Positions 17,733 to 25,512 of a stretch of 64,000 nucleotides of DNA are shown here, piece by piece; the first letter of the stretch is position 1; each line of letters starts with the position of its first letter. The position numbers and the translations under genes were made by a program. The DNA lies in the NCBI GenBank assembly GCA_052038965.1, contig JBQGDI010000058.1, positions 4,248 through 68,247 of the forward strand, written 5' to 3'. The DNA comes from Candidatus Limnocylindrales bacterium (lineage in GTDB: Bacteria > Chloroflexota > Limnocylindria > Limnocylindrales > CSP1-4). Under the pieces are notes generated by a model. The model was given only the letters and a program-made list of their open reading frames with translations. It searched no databases and was not told the DNA's origin.

Positions 17733-18455
17733 TCACCCTTCCGGAGCGCGGATGCGGTAGCCGACGCCTGGCTCGGTGACGATCAGGTCACGGAGCGCGC
17801 CCTCGTGGTCGGCCGCCGCCAGCTTGCGACGGAGCTGGCTGACGTGGACGTACACGTAGCTGTCGGCGTCCTGGTAGGCCGTGCCCCAGACCGCCCGCAA
17901 GAGGCGACCCTTCGTCACGATCCGCCCGAGCTCGCCGAGCAGGACGCGCAGGATCTCGAACTCGCGGGGCGTGAGCTCGACCGTCTGGCCGTCGACGAGG
18001 ACCTCGTGGTTAGGGCCATCGAAGACGAGCGGGCCCACACGAATGCGGCCCTGGCTGTCGGCGGCCGGACCCGGTGATCGGCGCAGGGCGACCCGGAGGC
18101 GCGCGTGCAGCTCGTCGAGGCCGAACGGCTTGGTCACGAAGTCGTCGGCACCGAGCTCGAGGGCCTCGACCTTCTCACGCTCGGCGTAGCGGCCGGACAG
18201 GATCACGATCGGCGTGCCCGCGTCGCGTCGAATCCGCCTGATGACTTCGAGCCCGTCGAGGTCGGGCAATCCCAGGTCGAGCAGCACGACGTCAGGCCGC
18301 GATGCCTCCCAGCGCTCGAGGGCCGTGCGCGCGTCGATCGCCTCGACGGTCCGGTAGCCGCGAGCCCCCAGCTCGCGCAGCAGCGCGCGCCGGGTCTCGT
18401 CGTCGTCCTCGACGACCAGCACGGACGGGCCACCCGGGGGCCGCGGGGGGATCAT
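17733..18455 (-). CDS. kdpE: KdpE-like OmpR-family response regulator
   Basis: Receiver (VLVVEDDDETRRAL...LLDLGLPDLDG...LSGRYAEREKVEALELGADDFVTKPFGLDELHARLRVALRR) aligns closely with E. coli KdpE as I recall it. 4-nt overlap with kdpD. Confidence 0.85.
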   Translation of the reverse strand: MIPPRPPGGPSVLVVEDDDETRRALLRELGARGYRTVEAIDARTALERWEASRPDVVLLDLGLPDLDGLEVIRRIRRDAGTPIVILSGRYAEREKVEALELGADDFVTKPFGLDELHARLRVALRRSPGPAADSQGRIRVGPLVFDGPNHEVLVDGQTVELTPREFEILRVLLGELGRIVTKGRLLRAVWGTAYQDADSYVYVHVSQLRRKLAAADHEGALRDLIVTEPGVGYRIRAPEG

Positions 18456-20050
18456 TCCGGCGCGTTGGGCAGCAGCTCCGCCGGCACCGACGCAGCCGGC
18501 AGCAGCAGCTCGATGGCCAGCCCGCCAAGCTCGCTCCGCTGCGCGCTGGCGCGGCCGCCCATCGCCTCGACCAGCCCACGCACGACGGCCAGGCCGAGCC
18601 CGGTCCCACGCGCCGGGGCCGGGTTGCGCCCGCCGCCGTGATCGCGGTCGCCGATGCGGACGAACGGGTCGAAGATGCGCTCCTGCGCCGCCTCGGGCAC
18701 CCCCGGTCCACCATCCTCGACGATCAGCCGGACCATGCCGCTGTCGTCCCGGGACGCGGTGATCCGCACCGTCGCGGCTGCCGGCGCGAACTTGGCAGCG
18801 TTGTCGAGCAGGTTCAGGAGGGCCTGGCCCAGGAGGACCGGATCGACGCGGACGGCCAACGGTGGGACGTCGATGATCATGGGTCGATCGTGGAGCGGCC
18901 CGCCGAACCGTTCGACCGCTTGGCCGACAAGGTCATCGAGCTCGAACACGTCGACGTCGGCCCGCAACGCGCCGGCCTCGATCCGACCCAGGTCCAACAG
19001 GTTGGCCACGAGCCGGTCGAGGTAGCGGACCTGTCGCTCGATCGCCTCGGCGCTCGCCGCGCGGGCCTCGTCGTCCAGGCCACTCTCCGGGCGGAGCGAG
19101 CCGGCCGCCGCGCGGATCGCGGCCAGCGGGGTCCGGAGGTCGTGCGAGACCAGTTGCAGCAGGGCGCTCTTGAGGGCGTCGCTCTGGCGGGCGATCTCGG
19201 CGTCGCGGGCCTCGGTGGCGAGCCGATCCTGGACCAGCAGCTGGCCGATCTGGTCGGCCGCCGCGCCCAGCAGGCGAGTCGCCGACCGATCGGGCAGGGC
19301 CGCGGATCGATCGCGAAGCGCCCAGATGGAGCCGAGCGCATCGCCGCCGGCCTCGATCCGCACGCGATACGTCTCGAGCGGCGCGGTCGCGGCCATCGAG
19401 CGCCCACCCATCCCCGTGTGCACCCGGACCCAGCGGGCCGGCTCATCGCCGGGCATCCGACGAAGGACCTGGTGGAGCCCCGAGGTCGGCGTGCCGGCCC
19501 CGCGACCAGTCGCGGCCTCGCCGGCCCGGGTCGCGACGCGCTCGGCTGCGTCGTCCTCTCCGAGGGCGATCCAGAGCGAGCGCATCTCGGTTGCGGCCCG
19601 CAACAGCTCGGCGAGATCCGGCAGCGCCTCGCGGGTCGAAGATCGCGTCGCGAGCGCCCGGCTGAGCTGGAACAGCTCGCGGGCCTCGCGCTCGCGGGCC
19701 GTTGCCGTGACGGTCTGGGCCCGCTGGAGCGCCGCCAGCTGACCGACGACCAGGCCGACGAACAGGAGCAGGGCGAGGCTCAGCCACTCACCCGGGTCAC
19801 TGATCGTGAACGTGTGGTACGGCTCGGTGAAGAGGTAGTCGTAGGTGGCGATCCCCATGACCGCCGTGGCCACACCGCCCGCGGTCCCGGACAGGAGGGC
19901 CGCCGCGACGACCGCGATCAGGTAGACGGGCGAGGCGTTGGGGATCCCTACGCGCTCCTCGAGCAGCCAGACCAGGGCGGTGGCCCCGACGAGGGTCGGC
20001 AGGGCCACCGCGAGCAGTCGCGCGACCCGGGCGACGCCCAGCTGCGGCAC
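18452..20050 (-). CDS. kdpD: Truncated KdpD-like sensor kinase (DUF4118 4-TM + GAF-like + HisKA + HATPase_c; lacks the N-terminal KdpD and Usp domains)
   Basis: GTG start. Membrane module GIPNASPVYLIAVVAAALL...YDYLFTEPYHTFTI resembles KdpD DUF4118. H-box SHDLRTPLAAI. No 350-aa N-terminal domain and no upstream kdpFABC. Confidence 0.8.
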   Translation of the reverse strand: MPQLGVARVARLLAVALPTLVGATALVWLLEERVGIPNASPVYLIAVVAAALLSGTAGGVATAVMGIATYDYLFTEPYHTFTISDPGEWLSLALLLFVGLVVGQLAALQRAQTVTATAREREARELFQLSRALATRSSTREALPDLAELLRAATEMRSLWIALGEDDAAERVATRAGEAATGRGAGTPTSGLHQVLRRMPGDEPARWVRVHTGMGGRSMAATAPLETYRVRIEAGGDALGSIWALRDRSAALPDRSATRLLGAAADQIGQLLVQDRLATEARDAEIARQSDALKSALLQLVSHDLRTPLAAIRAAAGSLRPESGLDDEARAASAEAIERQVRYLDRLVANLLDLGRIEAGALRADVDVFELDDLVGQAVERFGGPLHDRPMIIDVPPLAVRVDPVLLGQALLNLLDNAAKFAPAAATVRITASRDDSGMVRLIVEDGGPGVPEAAQERIFDPFVRIGDRDHGGGRNPAPARGTGLGLAVVRGLVEAMGGRASAQRSELGGLAIELLLPAASVPAELLPNAPE

Positions 20051-20114
20051 ATGTCGATGCTAGGCCCTCGCGGTGCGATGGTCCGCGGCGCGCCGGGAAC
20101 GGAGCGAACCGAGA

Positions 20115-20366
20115 TCAGTGGCCCTGGCCGGCCTCGCGGACCTGGTCATCGGACGCCGAGCGGCCCTCGCGGTGGCCGTCCGGCGTGGCGCCGCGCTCGG
20201 ACTCGGGCACGGGCCCTCGCGCCGGCCCTGGCTGTGTGGCCACCGCGGACACTCGCCGGTCGCGGCGGCCGAGCCCACCCGGGATCGTCTCGGTTGCACG
20301 CTCGGGCTTGCGGCCGATGTAGGCGCCGGCGTCGCGGCGCGGCTCGGTTTGGCGTCGATCGGTCAT
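20115..20366 (-). CDS. Small hydrophilic hypothetical protein (83 aa) immediately upstream of kdpD
   Basis: ATG 20366 with GGGAGG at 6 nt spacing. Highly charged sequence MTDRRQTEPRRDAGAYIGRKPERATETIPGG..., 64 nt upstream of the kdpD start. Confidence 0.5.
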   Translation of the reverse strand: MTDRRQTEPRRDAGAYIGRKPERATETIPGGLGRRDRRVSAVATQPGPARGPVPESERGATPDGHREGRSASDDQVREAGQGH

Positions 20367-20473
20367 GGGTTGCCTCCCGGGTGTCGGATCCAGGCTCCTA
20401 CCCTGGCGCGCGACCCGCTGACGACGGGACGGTCCCGCGACCCGGTGGCTATCGCGCTCGTTGCAGCCCGGAC

Positions 20474-21634
20474 TCAGGCGAAGAGCCGGCCGTGGGCCCG
20501 CATGACCTCGACCAGCCGGTCGTGGGGCAGGCGGTGCGCGACGATCCCGTCCCGGCCGGTCATCGTCTCGGCGGCGACGAGGGCGTTCGCGATCGCCTCC
20601 TCGGTCGCCTCCACGACCGCCTCGAAGAGCGGGTCGAGGGCCGTGTCGACGAGCGCCCGCAGCTCGACGACGCCGTGCATCGCCGGCGGCGCCTCGCCGG
20701 CCGGCAGGCCGCGGTTGCCGGTGGCGAAGGCGATGAACAGGTCGCCCGACGATGTCGCGCCGAGGCCGCCGGTTCGAGCCAGCCCGAGACCGGCCCGCTG
20801 GGCCAGACGAGCACACTGCCCCGGGAGCAGCGGTGCATCGGTCGCGACGACGACGATGATCGAGCCCTGCCGGCCGGGGGCGATGCCTTCGTCGAAGGCA
20901 ATCCCGCGGCGGGGACTCTCCCATGGCGACGGCACCTCGGTGATCGGGATCGCCTCACCGACGGCCACGCCATCGACCCGGAGCAGCCCGCGACGACCGT
21001 AGTTCGCCTGGACCAGGACGCCGACGGCCCAGCCCCCAAGCCCCGGCGGGATAACCCGCGACGAGGTCCCGATTCCGCCCTTGAACTCATGGCACAGCAT
21101 CCCGGTGCCGCCGCCGACGGAGCCCTCGGCCACCGGTCCCGCGCGAAGGTCGGCCAGCGCGGCGTCGACGTGCTCCGGGCGGACGTGCTGGCCGGCGATG
21201 TCCGACAGCCGCCCGTCCCACGTTTCGCCGACCACCGGCAGCGACCAGGAGGCGGAGCCCGGGGTGCGCGCCCGCGTGGCATGGTTGATGAGGGTGTCCC
21301 GGACGATCCCGAGCGAATGGGTGTTCGTGATGGCGATCGGGCTGTGGAGCAGCCCCGTTTCGCGGATCCACTCGAGGCCGGTCATGTCGCCGTTGCCGTT
21401 GAGGATGTGACAGCCCGCGAACACGGGTTCCGTCCAGATGTCGCCGTCGTGCGGATCGACGACCGTGACCCCGGTGCGGACGGGCCCGCGGCCCACGACG
21501 AGCGGCCCCTCGCCCTCGATGATCGTCGCGTGGCCGACTCGGACACCGGGCACGTCGGTGATCGCGTTGTCCGTCCCCGGCCGACCCTCGCCGATCCGGA
21601 TTCCGAGATCACGCGCCCGAGGCCGACCCAGCAT
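20474..21634 (-). CDS. DmpA/OAT-family (peptidase S58/P1) L-aminopeptidase/D-Ala-esterase-like protein
   Basis: ATG 21634 with GAGGG RBS. About 386 aa with GxGxxGS/T-type self-processing region. 8 nt after the MgtC stop. Confidence 0.8.
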   Translation of the reverse strand: MLGRPRARDLGIRIGEGRPGTDNAITDVPGVRVGHATIIEGEGPLVVGRGPVRTGVTVVDPHDGDIWTEPVFAGCHILNGNGDMTGLEWIRETGLLHSPIAITNTHSLGIVRDTLINHATRARTPGSASWSLPVVGETWDGRLSDIAGQHVRPEHVDAALADLRAGPVAEGSVGGGTGMLCHEFKGGIGTSSRVIPPGLGGWAVGVLVQANYGRRGLLRVDGVAVGEAIPITEVPSPWESPRRGIAFDEGIAPGRQGSIIVVVATDAPLLPGQCARLAQRAGLGLARTGGLGATSSGDLFIAFATGNRGLPAGEAPPAMHGVVELRALVDTALDPLFEAVVEATEEAIANALVAAETMTGRDGIVAHRLPHDRLVEVMRAHGRLFA

Positions 21635-21644
21635 CGGGACGCCC

Positions 21645-22325
21645 TCAGTCGGCGTGCGAGCTGGAGAGGATGTCGACGCCTTCGAGGCGGGAGATCTCCT
21701 CGAGGGCGGCGGCGATCGACGCCGGGGTCCGGCCACGGACGGTGAGATCGGCCCGGTACAGGCTCCGGCCCTGGCGCTGGGTCGCAATCGCGCCGATCTC
21801 CAGCTTCTCGCCTCGGAGGATCGCGGTGACCTGTCCCAGCAGGTCCACGCGGTCCATCTGGAGGCGGAGCTGCAGCTCCGGCTGTGCGGTGCCGTGGAGG
21901 CGCTCGGCGAGCGCGTTGATTGGCCACAGGCTGACGAGGATGACCGCCGCCGCGACGGTGGCGATGACATGCTCTCCGGCCCCGGCCGCCATGCCGACCG
22001 CGGAGGTCGCCCAGAGGCTCGCGGCGGTCGTGAGGCCGCGGATGACGATCCCGTCCTTGAGGATCGCGCCCGCACCGAGGAAGCCAATGCCGGACACGAT
22101 CTGGGCCGCGATCCGGGTCGGGTCGATGGGCGCCGCCACGGTCCCGCCTTCGAACCCGTGGGCCGACAGCACGGTGAACAGGGCCGAGCCGAGGGCCACC
22201 AGCATGTGCGTCCGGAGGCCCGCGGGGTGGCCGTGGATCTCCCGCTCGAAGCCGATCCCGAGGCCGAGCAGGCTGGCGATGATGAGCCGGACTGAGAGAT
22301 CGAGCTGGAGGCCGACGTCGATCAT
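21645..22325 (-). CDS. mgtC: MgtC/SapB-family membrane protein
   Basis: N-terminal 4-5 TM MgtC domain (LIIASLLGLGIGFEREIHGHPAGLRTHMLVALGSALFT) plus C-terminal ACT-like domain. Start ATG 22325. Confidence 0.8.
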   Translation of the reverse strand: MIDVGLQLDLSVRLIIASLLGLGIGFEREIHGHPAGLRTHMLVALGSALFTVLSAHGFEGGTVAAPIDPTRIAAQIVSGIGFLGAGAILKDGIVIRGLTTAASLWATSAVGMAAGAGEHVIATVAAAVILVSLWPINALAERLHGTAQPELQLRLQMDRVDLLGQVTAILRGEKLEIGAIATQRQGRSLYRADLTVRGRTPASIAAALEEISRLEGVDILSSSHAD

Positions 22326-22444
22326 CGGCTGGGCCGTCGCGGTCGAGCGGGCTCGTGATGTGCCATCGCAGCATGATGGCGCAGTCGGCCACGGGCCGGG
22401 AGGCCGACACGGAGCCGTCATCTCGATGATCTAGGCTCCCGGGC

Positions 22445-24019
22445 GTGACGAATCCCCCGGTGATGAGACGCGCGATGCTGGCCGGTGGCCTCGCCGTCGC
22501 CGCGGCGCTCGGGATCGGCGAGCTCGCGGCCGGTGCGCTGCCGGGTGTGCCCTCCCCCATCCTCGCCGTCTCGCGCCTGATCGTCGACGTCCAGCCGCCG
22601 GGTGCGAAGGACCTGTTCGTCGCGCTCTTCGGCACGGCCGACAAGATCGCCCTCCAGGTGCTGATCGTCGTCGTCGCGCTCGCGATCGGGGCTGGCCTCG
22701 GGCGACTCGCGCTGACGCGGCTGGCGACCGCCGGCGCCGTGATCGCCGCGTTCGTCGGGTTCGGGTTCATCGCCACGCTGCGCGACCCGGATGCCCAGCC
22801 CACGCTCGCCGTCGCGGCCGCGGCGTTGCAGGCGGTCGCCGGCATCGAGCTGCTGCGGCGGCTCGTCGCGCTGGCCCGCGCCGACGGCGAGGGCGCCCCG
22901 GCGCCCGATGCTGCGGGCTCGGGGGGCATGCCCGACTGGGGCCGCCGGGCGTTCCTGCGCTGGTCGGGCGTCGTCGCGGTCGGATCGGTCACCGCGCTGA
23001 CCGTCGGCCGGGCCTTGGTCGAAGGACGGGGCGCCCCGCCGCCCAGTGGCACGGACCTACCCATTCCCACGCCGCCGGTGCCGGCCGAACTGCCGGACGG
23101 GGTCGACCTCGCCACGCCGGAGCTCGCGACCGCCGGCCTCAGCCCGATCGTCGTGCCGAACGACGACTTCTACCGGATCGACACGGCCTTCATCGTCCCG
23201 GTCGTCGATCGCGACGGCTGGTCGCTGAAGGTCACCGGCCTCGTCGACCGCGAGATCGAGTTGACCTGGGATGAGCTCGTCGCCCTGCCGATCGTCGAGC
23301 AGTACGTCACGATCGCCTGCGTCTCGAACGAAGTGGGTGGCGGGCTGGTCGGCAATGCCGCCTGGACGGGCGTCCCACTCCGGACGGTCCTCGACTTGGC
23401 TGGCCTGAAACCCGAGGCGGACCAGCTCGTCGGGCGCTCGTATGACGGCTTCTCCGCCGGGATGCCGGTCGAGTGGGTCCTGGACGAGTCGCGGGAGCCG
23501 CTCATCGCGATCGGGATGAACGGCCAGCCACTCCCGCGCGACCACGGCTATCCCGCCCGACTGATCGTGCCCGGGCTGTACGGCTACGTCTCAGCCACGA
23601 AGTGGCTCACCGAGCTGGAGCTCACCACCTTCCGGGACTACCAGGCGTTCTGGATCACCCGGGGCTGGGCCGAGCGTGCCCCGATCCTGACCCAGTCGCG
23701 GATCGACGTCCCGCGACACAACGCGACCATTCGAGCCGGGCGCGTGGCGGTGGCCGGGGTGGCCTGGGCGCCGGACCGGGGCGTGGAGCGGGTCGAAGTC
23801 CGGGTCGATGACGGCGAGTGGCGCGAGACCCGCCGTTCGGCCGCGATCTCCGACGCGACCTGGGTCCAATGGCTGCTCGAGTGGGACGCGACCCCGGGCG
23901 CCCACCAGCTCGAGGTCCGGGCGATGGACGGGACCGGCGAGGCCCAGGCCGAGAAGCCGAGCAGACCCTTCCCGGACGGCGCCCGCGGCTACCACCGGAT
24001 CGCGGTCACCGTTGCCTGA
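22445..24019 (+). CDS. Membrane-anchored molybdopterin-dependent oxidoreductase (sulfite-oxidase/YedY-MsrP family)
   Basis: N-terminal TM region, then Oxidored_molyb core (YVTIACVSNEVGGGLVGNAAWTGVPL) and a C-terminal Ig-like dimerisation domain. Confidence 0.8.
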   Translation: MTNPPVMRRAMLAGGLAVAAALGIGELAAGALPGVPSPILAVSRLIVDVQPPGAKDLFVALFGTADKIALQVLIVVVALAIGAGLGRLALTRLATAGAVIAAFVGFGFIATLRDPDAQPTLAVAAAALQAVAGIELLRRLVALARADGEGAPAPDAAGSGGMPDWGRRAFLRWSGVVAVGSVTALTVGRALVEGRGAPPPSGTDLPIPTPPVPAELPDGVDLATPELATAGLSPIVVPNDDFYRIDTAFIVPVVDRDGWSLKVTGLVDREIELTWDELVALPIVEQYVTIACVSNEVGGGLVGNAAWTGVPLRTVLDLAGLKPEADQLVGRSYDGFSAGMPVEWVLDESREPLIAIGMNGQPLPRDHGYPARLIVPGLYGYVSATKWLTELELTTFRDYQAFWITRGWAERAPILTQSRIDVPRHNATIRAGRVAVAGVAWAPDRGVERVEVRVDDGEWRETRRSAAISDATWVQWLLEWDATPGAHQLEVRAMDGTGEAQAEKPSRPFPDGARGYHRIAVTVA

Positions 24020-24072
24020 TGCTCGATGGCCGGCGAGACCGGCTTCGGAGGGAATCGCGCTAGAGTCGAGGC

Positions 24073-24630
24073 ATGCCACGTCGCCTCTTCGTGTTCGACC
24101 TTCCTGATCGCTTCGCGACCGGAACCATCGGCGAGCCCGGCCAGCGGACGTTCTTCCTCCAGGCGCGCGACGGCCGCCGGGTCGTGTCGGTCTCGCTCGA
24201 GAAGACCCAGGTCGCCGTGCTCGCGGAGCGCCTCGGGCGGCTGCTCGTCGAGCTGGACCGAGTCGGCGTCGCGCCGGACTCGTCGACGCCCGTCGAACCC
24301 GACGACACGCCGCTCGACGAGCCGATCAACGAGGCCTTCCGCGCCACGACCCTGACGCTCGGTTGGGACGGCGACGCGGAACGGATCCTCATCGAGGCTC
24401 GGGCCCCCACGGCCGACGAGGAAGAGGAGGACGCGACCGAGTTCGACGACGATGACGAGGACGGCCCGGACCTGATGCGCGTCCGCCTCTCGGCGGCCGC
24501 CGCGCGCTCGTTCGTGGAGCGCGCCTTTCGCGTGATTCGCGCCGGGCGGCCGCCCTGTCCGCTGTGCGGCCAGCCGCTTGAGGCGACCGGCCACATCTGC
24601 CCGCGCCGGAACGGCTCCTACGTCCACTGA
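24073..24630 (+). CDS. DUF3090-family protein (C-terminal CPLCGxP...GHxCPRRNG zinc-ribbon)
   Basis: MPRRLFVFDLPDRFATGTIGEPGQRTFFLQAR ... CPLCGQPLEATGHICPRRNGS matches my memory of the DUF3090/TIGR03847 family. Confidence 0.75.
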   Translation: MPRRLFVFDLPDRFATGTIGEPGQRTFFLQARDGRRVVSVSLEKTQVAVLAERLGRLLVELDRVGVAPDSSTPVEPDDTPLDEPINEAFRATTLTLGWDGDAERILIEARAPTADEEEEDATEFDDDDEDGPDLMRVRLSAAAARSFVERAFRVIRAGRPPCPLCGQPLEATGHICPRRNGSYVH

Positions 24631-25423
24631 TCCGTCGGGGCGGCTCGACCACCAGGCCGTCCTCCCGACCCTCGAGTCCGGCGAGATCGAGGTCGTCGGG
24701 CGACTCGTCGAGTCCTCGAACAATGCAATGGTCGTCGTCGTTCGCCCAACCCGGGTGCGGCGCGACCCACCGCCCACGGCGGCGGACCCGCCAGACGAGC
24801 CGGCGATCGAGCTCGGACCCGACGACCGCCTCGCGGTCTGGAAGCCGACCCGCGGCGAGCGACCGCTGTTCGACTTCCCCCTTGGCACGCTGGCCCGCCG
24901 GGAGGTCGCGGCCTACCTCGTCTCCGAGGCGATCGGCTGGGGCGTGGTGCCGCCGACGGTCCTGCGGGACGGACCGTTCGGCGAGGGCATGCTCCAGCTC
25001 TGGATCGAGGCGGACCCCGACGCCGACGTCGTGGGGATGCTCCGCGCCGACGACCCGCGGCTCCGCCGGATCGCGCTGTTCGACGCGGTCGTGAACAACA
25101 CCGACCGCAAGGGCGGTCACCTCCTGCCGGTGCCGGGCGGCCACCTCTACGCCGTCGACCACGGCGTCACGTTCTCGGTCGTCCCGAAGCTCCGGACCGT
25201 CCTCTGGGCCTGGGAGGGCGAGCCGATCGCGGCTGACGAGCGGGCGGCCCTCGAAGCCCTGTCCGGTGCGATGGAGGATGGATCGCTGTCGGGCCCGCTC
25301 CGGGCGCTTCTCGCCCGGCGCGAGATCGAGGCCACGGCCCGCCGCGTGACGGAACTACTGACAACAGGTGTCTTCCCGAGCCCGAGCCCGGACTGGCCCC
25401 CGATCCCCTGGCCGCCGTTCTGA
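24578..25423 (+). CDS. SCO1664-family (TIGR03843-like) protein, partner of DUF3090
   Basis: GEIEVVGRLVESSNNAMVVVV...FDAVVNNTDRKGGHLL; kinase-like fold family usually found next to DUF3090. The only in-frame start upstream of the conserved N-terminus is ATG 24578, overlapping the DUF3090 gene by 53 nt. Confidence 0.7.
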   Translation: MRRPATSARAGTAPTSTDPSGRLDHQAVLPTLESGEIEVVGRLVESSNNAMVVVVRPTRVRRDPPPTAADPPDEPAIELGPDDRLAVWKPTRGERPLFDFPLGTLARREVAAYLVSEAIGWGVVPPTVLRDGPFGEGMLQLWIEADPDADVVGMLRADDPRLRRIALFDAVVNNTDRKGGHLLPVPGGHLYAVDHGVTFSVVPKLRTVLWAWEGEPIAADERAALEALSGAMEDGSLSGPLRALLARREIEATARRVTELLTTGVFPSPSPDWPPIPWPPF

Positions 25424-25512
25424 GCTTCGGGCGCCGCCGGCGCGAGGAACCTGCGCGATCGTCCGGCGTGAGCGACCGGTAGCCGCCCTCGCGGCTCGCT
25501 ACCGTCACGTCC

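Noticed and set aside
15585-18077. 830-aa plus-strand ORF (similar artefacts at 18302..21745, 32657..35662, 13844..16009, 10574..11707, 25368..26654, 26651..28537, 59524..60780)
   Set aside because: Antisense to the KimA/KdpDE and other recognised genes; no recognisable domains; Arg/Asp/Gly-rich composition typical of off-frame translation of high-GC coding DNA.
20073-21002. 309-aa plus-strand ORF over the dmpA / small-protein region
   Set aside because: No motifs. The opposite strand has recognisable DmpA and a strong-RBS small gene.
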